A stretch of 64,000 nucleotides of DNA, from the NCBI RefSeq assembly GCF_009914755.1, contig NC_060948.1, one strand, 5' to 3'. Positions 1-22,328 of the stretch are shown here, one piece after another. The notes under the pieces are model-generated. The model had not been told where the DNA came from, did no database searches, and worked only from the letters and a program-made list of their open reading frames with translations. Origin of the DNA: the human T2T-CHM13v2.0 reference genome, Homo sapiens. Within the stretch, counting starts at the first letter, position 1. Every line of letters starts with the position of its first letter. A program made the translations under genes and the position numbers.

Positions 1-246
1 TTACAAATATATATATTATATATCATATATGGTATAGTACCTTTGTTATATATCATAATACATATAAATGTGTATTATGTTATCTATAATTATATAATTT
101 CATATATAAGATGTATAATATGTATTATATATTATATATGTTATGTAATATATATAGTATATATAAGATGACACAGGATAAATATTATATACTATGACAT
201 ATAAAATATATGAGGTTATATGTTAAATATAAGGCATAGCACATAA

Positions 247-561
<315 letters not shown>

Positions 562-1130
562 AGATCCATATTTTTTAAATGAAAAAAAATTTCAAAGGTA
601 CTCTGCTTGGTACAATAATCAAATGTATAAACTGAGGAATAAAACATAACCATGAAACCTACTTATAACTGCATATGGAAAATACAGAGGATAATTTTTT
701 AAATCACATATTTTGAAAGCCTTAACTAGTAATTTGAAGAGTTGGCATTTGAAAGGCCAGTATGAATATACCTTCAAAGCAGCAACACAGGTTCCCCATG
801 AGAAAAAGCAAACTCAGGGAAAATAAAACCACAAAGGTTCAATCTCTTCTGACCTTTGAAAGACACAGCACAGACAGTGGTCCTTAGGACGAAGAGCAGG
901 AGACCCCTAATTCCGTCACCATGGCGATAGGGCATAAACATTGCTGGGTGAGGGCACAATCCACATTGTGAGGTCCAACTGCTGCCAGGAAGACAGGAGT
1001 GCTTTTACATAGACCGAAAAGTCATTGAAGGCTCAGAGTTTTGTTTCAAGAACTGAATCCCAAGCCCACACGTTATTAGGCTGCGCTTCTTAAAACAAGT
1101 TATGAGATGGGAAAAAGGGCACCTACAAAC
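562..1130. repeat. HSATI-like non-Alu segment of the DYZ2 unit (representative; follows every Alu copy)
   Basis: ~570 bp of higher-complexity sequence between the Alu head and the AT-rich block, near-identical in all 27 copies (the last is truncated by the window end). The name comes from known DYZ2 composition, not from an alignment. Confidence 0.8.
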
Positions 1131-2975
<1,845 letters not shown>

Positions 2976-5074
2976 AGATCCATATTTTTTAAATGAAAAA
3001 AAATTTCAAAGGTACTCTGCTTGGTACAATAATCAAATGTATAAACTGAGGAATAAAACATAACCATGAAACCTACTTATAACTGCATATGGAAAATACA
3101 GAGGATAATTTTTTAAATAACATATTTTGAAAGCCTTAACTAGTAATTTGAAGAGTTGGCATTTGAAAGGCCAGTATGAATACACCTTCAAAGCAGCAAC
3201 ACAGGTTCCCCATGAGAAAAAGCAAACTCAGGGAAAATAAAACCACAAAGGTTCAATCTCTTCTGACCTTTGAAAGACACAGCACAGACAGTGGTCCTTA
3301 GGACGAAGAGCAGGAGACCCCTAATTCCGTCACCATGGCGATAGGGCATAAACATTGCTGGGTGAGGGCACAATCCACATTGTGAGGTCCAACTGCTGCC
3401 AGGAAGACAGGAGTGCTTTTACATAGACCGAAAGGTCATTGAAGGCTCAGAGTTTTGTTTCAAGAACTGAATCCCAAGCCCACACGTTATTAGGCTGCGC
3501 TTCTTAAAACAAGTTATGAGATGGGAAAAAGGGCACCTACAAACATACGTATACATTATGTATATAATAATATACAGTATCATATATATAATATATATAA
3601 CCCATGTATAATATTGTTTTACATCCTGCATCTTATATTATATATATTGTATAAAATATAATAATTGATAATATATAAATTTTATATTTATACAATATGA
3701 CATATAGTATATATTATAATTTATTACATATATAATATATGTTATATATCATATATAGAATATATTATACGGTTAATATACGTATTAAATATAAATTATA
3801 CATTATATATATTATATATAATATATCTGCTATATATAATACCCATTGTGCATAATATATATATTATGTCTATGTTATATAATATAAAACAACATATAAT
3901 AATATATAATTGCATATATAAAACGCGACATATAATATATATTATATTTTATGACATATGTAATATATATTATATATTATATATAATACGTTGTATGTAT
4001 AATACCTATATTAAATATAAATTATATGACTATGTTATTAATTACATGTCACATATGTTATATATTATATATTTTACATAGAATATACCGGTTACATACA
4101 ATATATACTATGTTACCTATAATGTATAATTTATTACATGTAAAATAAAGAATGCAATATATTATGTATAATTTATAATATACAATATGTGGAATGTGAT
4201 ATATATAACATATAATATATGATATATGATATACAGTATATGATATATAACATACAATATATGATACCTAATATATATGGTATACAATATATATTTTATG
4301 ATATGTATTCTATATGTTTTATATTCTGATATATATAACTATTTGAAATTATATATAACTGTATAATATTTTATGTAAATATGTAATATAATATATAACT
4401 ATATAATATATTATATATAACTATATATTATGTTATATATACTTTTATAACATAATTTACATAAAATATCATAATATAATATATATTATATTATTTCATA
4501 TTACATAATATATATTACATATCACCCAATATAAGTAACATACATAATATTATAATATAGATTATATTATGTTATATTAAATATCATATATATCATGTAT
4601 CATATATTCTATAATATATATGATACATTATATAATATGTATGCTGTCTATTATGTGATATATATAACTATATATAATTATATTATTATACATATTACTA
4701 GATAAACATGTAATTCTACATATTTTCATTTATAATATATAGAATTATATAATCATATATAATTATTTATATTCTATAAAAAATTATATCATTATATAAA
4801 TTATAATATATAAAAATTATAATATGTACTACAAATATATATATTATATATCATATATGATATAGTACCTTTGTTATATATCATAATACATATAAATGTG
4901 TATTATGTTATCTATAATTATATAATTTCATATATAAGATGTATAATATGTATTATATATTATATATGTTATGTAATATATATAGTATATATAAGATGAC
5001 ACAGGATAAATATTATATACTATGACATATAAAATATATGAGGTTATATGTTACATATAAGGCATAGCACATAA

Positions 5075-5389
<315 letters not shown>

Positions 5390-7490
5390 AGATCCATATT
5401 TTTTAAATGAAAAAAAATTTCAAAGGTACTCTGCTTGGTACAATAATCAAATGTATAAACTGAGGAATAAAACATAACCATGAAACCTACTTATAACTGC
5501 ATATGGAAAATACAGAGGATAATTTTTTAAATAACATATTTTGAAAGCCTTAACTAGTAATTTCAAGAGTTGGCATTTGAAAGGCCAGTATGAATACACC
5601 TTCAAAGCAGCAACACAGGTTCCCCATGAGAAAAAGCAAACTCAGGGAAAATAAAACCACAAAGGTTCAATCTCTTCTGACCTTTGAAAGACACAGCACA
5701 GACAGTGGTCCTTAGGACGAAGAGCAGGAGACCCCTAATTCCGTCACCATGGCGATAGGGCATAAACATTGCTGGGTGAGGGCACAATCCACATTGTGAG
5801 GTCCAACTGCTGCCAGGAAGACAGGAGTGCTTTTACATAGACCGAAAGGTCATTGAAGGCTCAGAGTTTTGTTTCAAGAACTGAATCCCAAGCCCACACG
5901 TTATTAGGCTGCGCTTCTTAAAACAAGTTATGAGATGGGAAAAAGGGCACCTACAAACATACGTATACATTATGTATATAATAATATACAGTATCATATA
6001 TATAATATATATAACCCATGTATAATATTGTTTTACATCCTGCATCTTATATTATATATATTGTATAAAATATAATAATTGATAATATATAAATTTTATA
6101 TTTATACAATATGACATATAGTATATATTATAATTTATTACATATATAATATATGTTATATATCATATATAGAATATATTATACGGTTAATATACGTATT
6201 AAATATAAATTATACATTATATATATTATATATAATATATCTGCTATATATAATACCCATTGTGCATAATATATATATTATGTCTATGTTATATATAGTA
6301 TAAAACAACATATAATAATATATAATTGTATATATAAAACGCGACATATAATATATATTATATTTTATGACATATGTAATATATATTATATATTATATAT
6401 AATACGTTGTATGTATAATACCTATATTAAATATAAATTATATGACTATGTTATTAATTACATGTCACATATGTTATATATTATATATTTTACATAGAAT
6501 ATACCGGTTACATACAATATATACCATGTTACCTATAATGTATAATTTATTACATGTAAAATAAAGAATGCAATATATTATGTATAATTTATAATATACA
6601 ATATGTGGAATGTGATATATATAACATATAATATATGATATATGATATACAGTATATGATATATAACATACAATATATGATACCTAATATATATGGTATA
6701 CAATATATATTTTATGATATGTATTCTATATGTTTTATATTCTGTTATATATAACTATTTGAAATTATATATAACTGTATAATATTTTATGTAAATATGT
6801 AATATAATATATAACTATATAATATATTATATATAACTATATATTATGTTATATATACTTTTATAACATAATTTACATAAAATATCATAATATAATATAT
6901 ATTATATTATTTCATATTACATAATATATATTACATATCACCCAATATAAGTAACATACATAATATTATAATATAGATTATATTATGTTATATTAAATAT
7001 CATATATATCATGTATCATATATTCTATAATATATATGATACATTATATAATATGTATGCTGTCTATTATGTGATATATATAACTATATATAATTATATT
7101 ATTATACATATTACTAGATAAACATGTAATTCTACATATTTTCATTTATAATATATAGAATTATATAATCATATATAATTATTTATATTCTATAAAAAAT
7201 TATATCATTATATAAATTATAATATATAAAAATTATAATATGTACTACAAATATATATATTATATATCATATATGATATAGTACCTTTGTTATATATCAT
7301 AATACATATAAATGTGTATTATGTTATCTATAATTATATAATTTCATATATAAGATGTATAATATGTATTATATATTATATATGTTATGTAATATATATA
7401 GTATATATAAGATGACACAGGATAAATATTATATACTATGACATATAAAATATATGAGGTTATATGTTACATATAAGGCATAGCACATAA

Positions 7491-7805
<315 letters not shown>

Positions 7806-9906
7806 AGATCCATATTTTTTAAATGAAAAAAAATTTCAAAGGTACTCTGCTTGGTACAATAATCAAATGTATAAACTGAGGAATAAAACATAACCATGAA
7901 ACCTACTTATAACTGCATATGGAAAATACAGAGGATAATTTTTTAAATAACATATTTTGAAAGCCTTAACTAGTAATTTGAAGAGTTGGCATTTGAAAGG
8001 CCAGTATGAATACACCTTCAAAGCAGCAACACAGGTTCCCCATGAGAAAAAGCAAACTCAGGGAAAATAAAACCACAAAGGTTCAATCTCTTCTGACCTT
8101 TGAAAGACACAGCACAGACAGTGGTCCTTAGGACGAAGAGCAGGAGACCCCTAATTCCGTCACCATGGCGATAGGGCATAAACATTGCTGGGTGAGGGCA
8201 CAATCCACATTGTGAGGTCCAACTGCTGCCAGGAAGACAGGAGTGCTTTTACATAGACCGAAAGGTCATTGAAGGCTCAGAGTTTTGTTTCAAGAACTGA
8301 ATCCCAAGCCCACACGTTATTAGGCTGCGCTTCTTAAAACAAGTTATGAGATGGGAAAAAGGGCACCTACAAACATACGTATACATTATGTATATAATAA
8401 TATACAGTATCATATATATAATATATATAACCCATGTATAATATTGTTTTACATCCTGCATCTTATATTATATATATTGTATAAAATATAATAATTGATA
8501 ATATATAAATTTTATATTTATACAATATGACATATAGTATATATTATAATTTATTACATATATAATATATGTTATATATCATATATAGAATATATTATAC
8601 GGTTAATATACGTATTAAATATAAATTATACATTATATATATTATATATAATATATCTGCTATATATAATACCCATTGTGCATAATATATATATTATGTC
8701 TATGTTATATATAGTATAAAACAACATATAATAATATATAATTGTATATATAAAACGCGACATATAATATATATTATATTTTATGACATATGTAATATAT
8801 ATTATATATTATATATAATACGTTGTATGTATAATACCTATATTAAATATAAATTATATGACTATGTTATTAATTACATGTCACATATGTTATATATTAT
8901 ATATTTTACATAGAATATACCGGTTACATACAATATATACCATGTTACCTATAATGTATAATTTATTACATGTAAAATAAAGAATGCAATATATTATGTA
9001 TAATTTATAATATACAATATGTGGAATGTGATATATATAACATATAATATATGATATATGATATACAGTATATGATATATAACATACAATATATGATACC
9101 TAATATATATGGTATACAATATATATTTTATGATATGTATTCTATATGTTTTATATTCTGTTATATATAACTATTTGAAATTATATATAACTGTATAATA
9201 TTTTATGTAAATATGTAATATAATATATAACTATATAATATATTATATATAACTATATATTATGTTATATATACTTTTATAACATAATTTACATAAAATA
9301 TCATAATATAATATATATTATATTATTTCATATTACATAATATATATTACATATCACCCAATATAAGTAACATACATAATATTATAATATAGATTATATT
9401 ATGTTATATTAAATATCATATATATCATGTATCATATATTCTATAATATATATGATACATTATATAATATGTATGCTGTCTATTATGTGATATATATAAC
9501 TATATATAATTATATTATTATACATATTACTAGATAAACATGTAATTCTACATATTTTCATTTATAATATATAGAATTATATAATCATATATAATTATTT
9601 ATATTCTATAAAAAATTATATCATTATATAAATTATAATATATAAAAATTATAATATGTACTACAAATATATATATTATATATCATATATGATATAGTAC
9701 CTTTGTTATATATCATAATACATATAAATGTGTATTATGTTATCTATAATTATATAATTTCATATATAAGATGTATAATATGTATCATATATTATATATG
9801 TTATGTAATATATATAGTATATATAAGATGACACAGGATAAATATTATATACTATGACATATAAAATATATGAGGTTATATGTTACATATAAGGCATAGC
9901 ACATAA

Positions 9907-10221
<315 letters not shown>

Positions 10222-12349
10222 AGATCCATATTTTTTAAATGAAAAAAAATTTCAAAGGTACTCTGCTTGGTACAATAATCAAATGTATAAACTGAGGAAT
10301 AAAACATAACCATGAAACCTACTTATAACTGCATATGGAAAATACAGAGGATAATTTTTTAAATAACATATTTTGAAAGCCTTAACTAGTAATTTGAAGA
10401 GTTGGCATTTGAAAGGCCAGTATGAATACACCTTCAAAGCAGCAACACAGGTTCCCCATGAGAAAAAGCAAACTCAGGGAAAATAAAACCACAAAGGTTC
10501 AATCTCTTCTGACCTTTGAAAGACACAGCACAGACAGTGGTCCTTAGGACGAAGAGCAGGAGACCCCTAATTCCGTCACCATGGCGATAGGGCATAAACA
10601 TTGCTGGGTGAGGGCACAATCCACATTGTGAGGTCCAACTGCTGCCAGGAAGACAGGAGTGCTTTTACATAGACCGAAAGGTCATTGAAGGCTCAGAGTT
10701 TTGTTTCAAGAACTGAATCCCAAGCCCACACGTTATTAGGCTGCGCTTCTTAAAACAAGTTATGAGATGGGAAAAAGGGCACCCACAAACATACGTATAC
10801 ATTATGTATATAATAATATACAGTATCATATATATAATATATATAACCTATGTATAATATTGTTTTACATCCTGCATCTTATATTATATATATTGTCTAA
10901 AATATAATAATTGATAAAATATAAGTTTTATATTTATACAATATGACATATAGTATATATTATAATTTATGACATATATAATATATGTTATATATCATAT
11001 ATAGAATATATTATACGGTTAATATACGTATTAAATATAAATTATACATTATATATATTATATAAAATATATCTGTTATATATAATACCCATTGTGCATA
11101 ATATATATATTATGTCTATGTTATATATACTATAAAACAACATATAATAATATATAACTGTATATATAAAATGCGACATATAATATATATTATATTTTAT
11201 GACATATGTAATATATATTATATATTATATATAATACGTTGTATGTATAATACCTATATTAAATATATATTATATGACTATGTTATTAATTACATGTCAC
11301 ATATGTTATATATTATATATTTTACATAGAATATACCGGTTACATACAATATATACTATGTTACCTATAATGTATAATTTATTACATGTAAAATAAAGAA
11401 TGCAATATATTATGTATAATTTATAATATACAATATGTGGAATGTGATATATATAACATATAATATATGATATATGATATACAGTATATGATATATAACA
11501 TACAATATATGATACCTGATATATATGGTATACAATATATATTTTATGATATGTATTCTCTATGTTTTATATTCTGTTATATATAACTATTTGAAATTAT
11601 ATATAACTGTATAATATTTTATGTAAATATGTAATATAATATATATAACTATATAATATTTTATATATAACTATATATTATGTTATATATACTTTTATAA
11701 CATAATTTACATAAAATATCATAATATAATATATATTATATTATTTCATATTACATAATATACATTCCATATGACCCAATATAAGTAACATACATAATAT
11801 TATAATATAGATTATATTATGTTATATTAAATTTCATATATATCATGTATCATATATTCCATAATATATATTATACATTATATAATATGTATGTTGTCTA
11901 TTATGTGATATATATAACTAAATATATAATTATATTGTTATACATATAACTAGATAAACATGTAATTCTGCATATTTTCATTTATAATATATAGAATTAT
12001 ATAATCATATATAATTATTTATATTCTATAAAAAATTATATCATTATATAAATTATAATATATAAAAATCATAATATGTCCTACAAATATATATATTATA
12101 TATCATATATGATATAGTACCTTTGTTATATATCATAATACATATAAATGTGTATTATGTTATCTATAATTATATAATTTCATATATAAGATGTATAATA
12201 TGTATTATATATTATATATGTTATGTAATATATATAGTATATATAAGATGTCACAGGATAAATATTATATACTATGACATATAAAATATATGAGGTTATA
12301 TGTTACATATAAGGCATAGCACATAACATGTAATATATATCATCTATAA

Positions 12350-12641
<292 letters not shown>

Positions 12642-14769
12642 AGATCCATATTTTTTAAATGAAAAAAAATTTCAAAGGTACTCTGCTTGGTACAATAATC
12701 AAATGTATAAACTGAGGAATAAAACATAACCATGAAACCTACTTATAACTGCATATGGAAAATACAGAGGATAATTTTTTAAATAACATATTTTGAAAGC
12801 CTTAACTAGTAATTTGAAGAGTTGGCATTTGAAAGGCCAGTATGAATATACCTTCAAAGCAGCAACACAGGTTCCCCATGAGAAAAAGCAAACTCAGGGA
12901 AAATAAAACCACAAAGGTTCAATCTCTTCTGACCTTTGAAAGACACAGCACAGACAGTGGTCCTTAGGACGAAGAGCAGGAGACCCCTAATTCCGTCACC
13001 ATGGCGATAGGGCATAAACATTGCTGGGTGAGGGCACAATCCACATTGTGAGGTCCAACTGCTGCCAGGAAGACAGGAGTGCTTTTACATAGACCGAAAG
13101 GTCATTGAAGGCTCAGAGTTTTGTTTCAAGAACTGAATCCCAAGCCCACACGTTATTAGGCTGCGCTTCTTAAAACAAGTTATGAGATGGGAAAAAGGGC
13201 ACCCACAAACATACGTATACATTATGTATATAATAATATACAGTATCATATATATAATATATATAACCTATGTATAATATTGTTTTACATAATGCATCTT
13301 ATATTATATATATTGTATAAAATATAATAATTGATAATATATAAGTTTCATATTTATACAATATGACATATAGTATATATTATAATTTATGACATATATA
13401 ATATATGTTATATATCATATATAGAATATATTATACGATTAATATACGTATTAAATATAAATTATACATTATATATATTATATATAATATATCTGTTATA
13501 TATAATACCCATTATGCATAATATATATATTATATCTATGTTATATATAGTATAAAACAACATATAATAATATATAATTGTATATATAAAATGCGACATA
13601 TAATATATATTATATTTTATGACATATGTAATATATATTATATATTATATATAATACGTTGTATGTATAATACCTATAATAAATATATATTATATGACTA
13701 TGTTATTAATTAGATGTCACATGTGTTATATATTATATATTTTACATAGAATATACCGGTTACATACAATATATACTATGTTACCTATAATGTATAATTT
13801 ATTACATGTAAAATAAAGAATGCAATATATTATGTATAATTTATAATATACAATATGTGGAATGTGATATATATAACATATAATATATGATATATGATAT
13901 ACAGTATATGATATATAACATACAATATATGATACCGAATATATATGGTATACAATATATATTTTATGATATGTATTCTATATGTTTTATATTCTGTTAT
14001 ATATAACTATTTGAAATTATATATAACTGTATAATATTTTATGTAAATATGTAATATAATATATATAACTATATAATATATTATATATAACTATATATTA
14101 TGTTATATATACTTTTATAACATAATTTACATAAAATATCATAATATAATATATATTATATTATTTCATATTACATAATATATATTACATATCACCCAAT
14201 ATAAGTAACATACATAATATTATAATATAGATTATGTTATGTTATATTAAATATCATATATATCATGTATCATATATTCTATAATATATATTATACATTA
14301 TATAATATGTATGTTGTCTATTATGAGATATATATAACTATATATATAATTATATTATTATACATATAACTAGATAAACATGTAATTCTACATATTTTCA
14401 TTTATAATATATAGAATTATATAATCATATATAATTATTTATATTCTATAAAAAATTATATCATTATATAAATTATAATATATAAAAATTATAATATGTA
14501 CTACAAATATATATATTATATATCATATATGATATAGTACCTTTGTTATATATCATAATACATATAAATGTGTATTATGTTATCTATAATTATATAATTT
14601 CATATATAAGATGTATAATATGTATCATATATTATATATGTTATGTAATATATATAGTATATATAAGATGACACAGGATAAATATTATATACTATGACAT
14701 ATAAAATATATGAGGTTATATGTTACATATAAGGCATAGCACATAATATGTAATATATATCATCTATAA

Positions 14770-15061
<292 letters not shown>

Positions 15062-17164
15062 AGATCCATATTTTTTAAATGCAAAAAAATTTCAAAGGTA
15101 CTCTGCTTGGTACATTAATCAAATGTATAAACTGAGGAATAAAACATAACCATGAAACCTACTTATAACTGCATATGGAAAATACAGAGGATAATTTTTT
15201 AAATAACATATTTTGAAAGCCTTAACTAGTAATTTGAAGAGTTGGCATTTGAAAGGCCAGTATGAATATACCTTCAAAGCAGCAACACAGGTTCCCCATG
15301 AGAAAAAGCAAACTCAGGGAAAATAAAAACATAAATGTTCAATCTCTTCTGACCTTTGAAAGACACAGCACAGACAGTGGTCCTTAGGACGAAGAGCAGG
15401 AGATCCCTAATTCCGTCACCATGGCGATAGGGCATAAACACTGCTGGGTGAGGGCACAATCCACATTGTGAGGTCCAACTGCTGCCAGGAAGACAGGAGT
15501 GCTTTTACATAGACCGAAAGGTCATTGAAGGCTCAGAGTTTTGTTTCAAGAACTGAATCCCAAGCCCACACGTTATTAGGCTGCGCTTCTTAAAACAAGT
15601 TATGAGATGGGAAAAAGGGCACCCACAAACATACGTATACATTATGTATATAATAATATACAGTATCATATATATAATATATATAACCTATGTATAATAT
15701 TGTTTTACATCCTGCATCTTATAATATATATATTGTATAAAATATAATAATTGATAATATATATGTTTTATATTTATACAATATGACATATAGTATATAT
15801 TATAATTTATGACATATATAATATATGTTATATATCATATATAGAATATATTATACGGTTAATATACCTATTAAATATAAATTATACATTATATATATTA
15901 TATATAATATATCTGTTATATATAATACCCATTATGCATAATATATATATTATGTCTATGTTATATATAGTATAAAACAACATATAATAATATATAATTG
16001 TATATATAAAATGCGACATATAATATATATTATATTTTATGACATATGTAATATATATTATATATTATATATAATACGTGGTATGTATAATACCTATATT
16101 AAATATATATTATATGACTATGTTATTAATTACATGTCACATATGTTATATATTATATATTTTACATAGAATATACCGGTTACATACAATATATACTATG
16201 TTACCTATAATGTATAATTGATTACATGTAAAATAAAGAATGCAATATATTATGTATAATTTATAATATACAATATGTGGAATGTGATATATATAACATA
16301 TAATATATGATATATGATATACAGTATATGATATATAACATACAATATATGATACCTAATATATATGGTATACAATATATATTTTATGTTATGTATTCTA
16401 TATGTTTTATATTCTGTTATATATAACTATTTGAAATTATATATAACTGTATAATATTTTATGTAAATATGTAACATAATATATAACTATAAAATATATT
16501 ATATATAACTATATATTATGTTATATATACTTTTATAACATAATTTACATAAAATATCATAATATAATATATATTATATTATTTCACATTACATAATATA
16601 TATTACATATCACCCAATATAAGTAACATACATAATATTATAATATAGATTATATTATGTTATATTAAATATCATATATATCATGTATCATATATTCTAT
16701 AATATATATTATACATTATATAATATGTATGTTGTCCATTATGTGATATATATAACTATATATATAATTATATTATCATACATATAACTAGATAAACATG
16801 TAATTCTACATATTTTCATTTATAATATATAGAATTATATAATCATATATAATTATTTATATTCTATAAAAAATTATATCATTATATAAATTATAATATA
16901 TAAAAATTATAAGATGTACTACAAATATATATATTATATATCATATATGATATAGTACCTTTGTTATATATCATAATACATATAAATGTGTATTATGTTA
17001 TCTATAATTTTATAATTTCATATATAAGATGTATAATATGTATTATATATTGTATATGTTATGTAATATATATAGTATATATAAGCTGACACAGGATAAA
17101 TATTATATACTATGACATATAAAATATATGAGGTTATATGTTACATATAAGGCATAGCACATAA

Positions 17165-17479
<315 letters not shown>

Positions 17480-19607
17480 AGATCCATATTTTTTAAATGA
17501 AAAAAAATTTCAAAGGTACTCTGCTTAGTACAATAATCAAATATATAAACTGAGGAACAAAACATAACCATGAAACCTACTTATAACTGCATATGGAAAA
17601 TACAGAGGATAACTTTTTAAATAACATATTTTGAAAGGCTTAACTAGTAATTTGAAGAGTTGGCATTTGAAAGGCCAGTATGAATATACCTTCAAAGCAG
17701 CAACACAGGTTCCCCATGAGAAAAAGCAAACTCAGGGAAAATAAAACCACAAAGGTTCAATCTCTTCTGACCTTTGAAAGACACAGCACAGACAGTGGTC
17801 CTTAGGACGAAGAGCAGGAGACCCCTAATTCCGTCACCATGGCGATAGGGCATAAACATTGCTGGGTGAGGGCACAATCCACATTGTGAGGTCCAACTGC
17901 TGCCAGGAAGACAGGAGTGCTTTTACATAGACCGAAAGGTCATTGAAGGCTCAGAGTTTTGTTTCAAGAACTGAATCCCAAACCCACACGTTATTAGGCT
18001 GCGCTTCTTAAAACAAGTTATGAGATGGGAAAAAGGGCACCCACAAACATACGTATACATTATGTATATAATAATATACAGTATCATATATATAATATAT
18101 ATAACCTATGTATAATATTCTTTTACATCCTGCATCTTATATTATATATATTGTATAAAATATAATAATTGATAATATATAAGTTTTATATTTATACAAT
18201 AAGACATATAGTATATATTATAATTTATGACATATATAATATATGTTATATATCATATATAGAATATATTATACGGTTAATATACGTATTAAATATAAAT
18301 TATACATTATATATATTATATATAATATATCTGTTATATATAATACCCATTATGCATAATATATATATTATGTCTATGTTATATATAGTATAAAACAACA
18401 TATAATAATATATAATTGTATATAGAAAACGTGACATATAATATATATTATATTTTATGACATATGTAATATATATTATATATTATATAAAATACGTTGT
18501 ATGTATAATACCTATATTAAATATATATTATATGACTATGTTATTAATTACATGTCACATATGTTATATATTATATATTTTACATAGAATATACCGGTTA
18601 CATACAATATATACTATGTTACCTATAATGTATAATTGATTACATGTAAAATAAAGAATGCAATATATTATGTATAATTTATAATATACAATATGTGGAA
18701 TGTGATATATATAACATATAATATATGATATATGATATACAGTATATGATAATTAACATACAATATATGATACCTAATATATATGGTATACAATATATAT
18801 TTTATGATATGTATTCTATATGTTTTATATTCTGTTATATATAACTATTTGAAATTATATATAACTGTATAATATTTTATGTAAATATGTAATATAATAT
18901 ATATAACTATATAATATATTATATATAAGTATATATTATGTTATATATACTTTTATAACATAATTTGCATAAAATATCATAATATAATATATATTATATT
19001 ATTTCACATTACATAATATATATTACATATCACCCAATATAAGTAACATACATAATATTATAATATAGATTATATTATGTTATATTAAATATCATTTATA
19101 TCATGTATCATATATCCTATAATATATATTACACATTATATAATATGTATGTTGTCTACTATGTGATATATATAACTATATATATAATTATATTATTATA
19201 CATATAACTAGATAAACATGTAATTCTACATAATTTCATTTATAATATATAGAATTATATAATCATATATAATTATTTATATTCTATAAAAAATTATATC
19301 ATTATATAAATTATAATATAAAAAAATTATAATATGTACTACAAATATATATATTATATATCATATATGATATAGTACCTTTGTTATATATCATAATACA
19401 TATAAATGTGTATTATGTTATCTATAATTATATAATTTCATATATAAGTTGTATAATATGTATTATATATTGTCTATGTTATGTAATATATATAGTATAT
19501 ATAAGCTGACACAGGATAAATATTATATACTATGACATATAAAATATATGAGGTTATATGTTACATATAAGGCATAGCACATAACATGTAATATATATCA
19601 TATATAA

Positions 19608-19899
19608 TTTTTTTTTAGACAGAGTCTTGTCCTGTTGCACAGGGTGGAGTACAATGCCGCCAACTTTGCTCACTGCAACATCTGCCTGACGGGTCCAAGC
19701 GATTGTCCTCCCTCAGCCTCCCAGGTAGCTGTGACTACACCACACTGGGACTACAGCAGCTGCCACCATGCCTAGCTAATTTTTTGGATTTTTAGTAGTG
19801 ACAGCGTTTCACTGTATTGGCCAGGATGGTCTTGATCTCTTCACCTTGTGATCCCCTTGCCTTGGCCTCCAAATTTGCTGGGATTACAGGCCTGAGCCA
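19608..19899 (-). mobile_element. Alu copy, unit 9
   Basis: Same Alu with private substitutions (atgccgccaac, gtgactac). Confidence 0.93.
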
Positions 19900-22013
19900 A
19901 GATCCATATTTTTTAAATGAAAAAAAATTTCAAAGGTACTCTGCTTGGTACAATAATCAAATGTATAAACTGAGGAATAAAACATAACCATGAAACCTAC
20001 TTATAACTGCATATGGAAAATACAGAGGATAATTTTTTAAATAACATATTTTGAAAGCCTTAACTAGTAATTTGAAGAGTTGGCATTTGAAAGGCCAGTA
20101 TGAATATACCTTCAAAGCAGCAACACAGGTTCCCCATGAGAAAAAGCAAACTCAGGGAAAATAAAACCACAAAGGTTCAATCTCTTCTGACCTTTGAAAG
20201 ACACAGCACAGACAGTGGTCCTTAGGACGAAGAGCAGGAGACCCCTAATTCCGTCACCATGGCGATAGGGCATAAACATTGCTGGGTGAGGGCACAATCC
20301 ACATTGTGAGGTCCAACTGCTGCCAGGAAGACAGGAGTGCTTTTACATAGACCGAAACGTCATTGAAGGCTCAGAGTTTTATTTCAAGAACTGAATCCCA
20401 AGTCCACACGTTATTAGGCTGCGCTTCTTAAAACAAGTTATGAGATGGGAAAAAGGGCACCCACAAACATACGTAAACATTATGTATATAATAATATACA
20501 GTATCATATATATAATATATATAACCTATGTATAATATTGTTTTACATCCTGCATCTTATATTATATATATTGTATAAAATATAATAATTGATAATATAT
20601 AAGTTCAATATTTATACAATATGACATATAGTATATATTATAATTTATGACATATATAATATATGTTATATATCATATATAGAATATATTATACGGTTAA
20701 TATATGTATTAAATTTAAATTATACATTATATATATTATATATAATATATCTGTTATATATAATACCCATTATGCATAATATATATATTATGTCTATGTT
20801 ATATATAGTATAAAACAACATATAATAATATATAATTGTATATATAAAATGCGACATATAATATATATTATATTTTATGACATATGTAATATATATTATA
20901 TATTATATATAATACGTTGTATGTATAATACCTATATTAAATATATATTATATGACTATGTTATTAATTAAATGTCACATGTGTTATATATTATATATTT
21001 TACATAGAATATACCGGTTACATACAATATATACTATGTTACCTGTAATGTATAATTTATTACATGTAAAATAAAGAATGCAATATATTATGTAAAATTT
21101 ATAATATACAATATGTGGAATGTGATATATATAACATATAATATATGATATATGATATATGATATACAGTATATGATATATAACATACAATATATGATAC
21201 CTAATATATATGGTATACAATATATATTTTATGATATGTATTCTCTATGTTTTATATTCTGTTATATATAACTATTTGAAATTATATATAACTGTATAAT
21301 ATTTTATGTAAATATGTAATATAATATATATAACTATATAATATATTATATATAACTATATATTATGTTATATATATTCTTTTATAACATAATTTACATA
21401 AAATATCATAATATAATATATATTATATTATTTCATATTACATAATATATATTACATATCACCCAATATAAGTAACATACATAATATTATAATATAGATT
21501 ATGTTATGTTATATTAAATATCATATATATCATGTATCATATATTCTATAATATATATTATACATTATATAATATGTATGTTGTCTATTATGTGATATAT
21601 ATAACTATATATATAATTACATTATTATACATATAACTAGATAAACATGTAATTTTACATATTTTCATTTATAATATATAGAATTATATAATCATATATA
21701 ATTATTTATATTCAATAAAATATTATATCATTATATAAATTATAATATATAAAAATTATAATATGTACTACAAATATATATATTATATATCATATATGAT
21801 ATAGTACCTTTGTTATATTTCATAATACATATAAATGTGTATTATGTTATCTATAATTATATAATTACATATATAAGGTGTATAATATGTATCATATATT
21901 ATATATGTTATGTAATATATATAGTATATATAAGATGACACAGGATAAATATTATATACTATGACATATAAAATATATGAGGTTATATGTTACATATAAG
22001 GCATAGCACATAA

Positions 22014-22328
<315 letters not shown>

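Noticed and set aside
774-959. 61-aa minus-strand ORF (MCPHPAMF...) open in all 27 units
   Set aside because: It begins at a TTG/GTG-type alternative start rather than ATG and has no recognisable domain. Its persistence is expected from the near-identity of the units, and the observed changes include non-synonymous ones.
955-970. Small hairpin cacaat-ccac-attgtg in the HSATI-like segment
   Set aside because: A 6-bp stem is expected by chance, and there is no supporting RNA-gene context.
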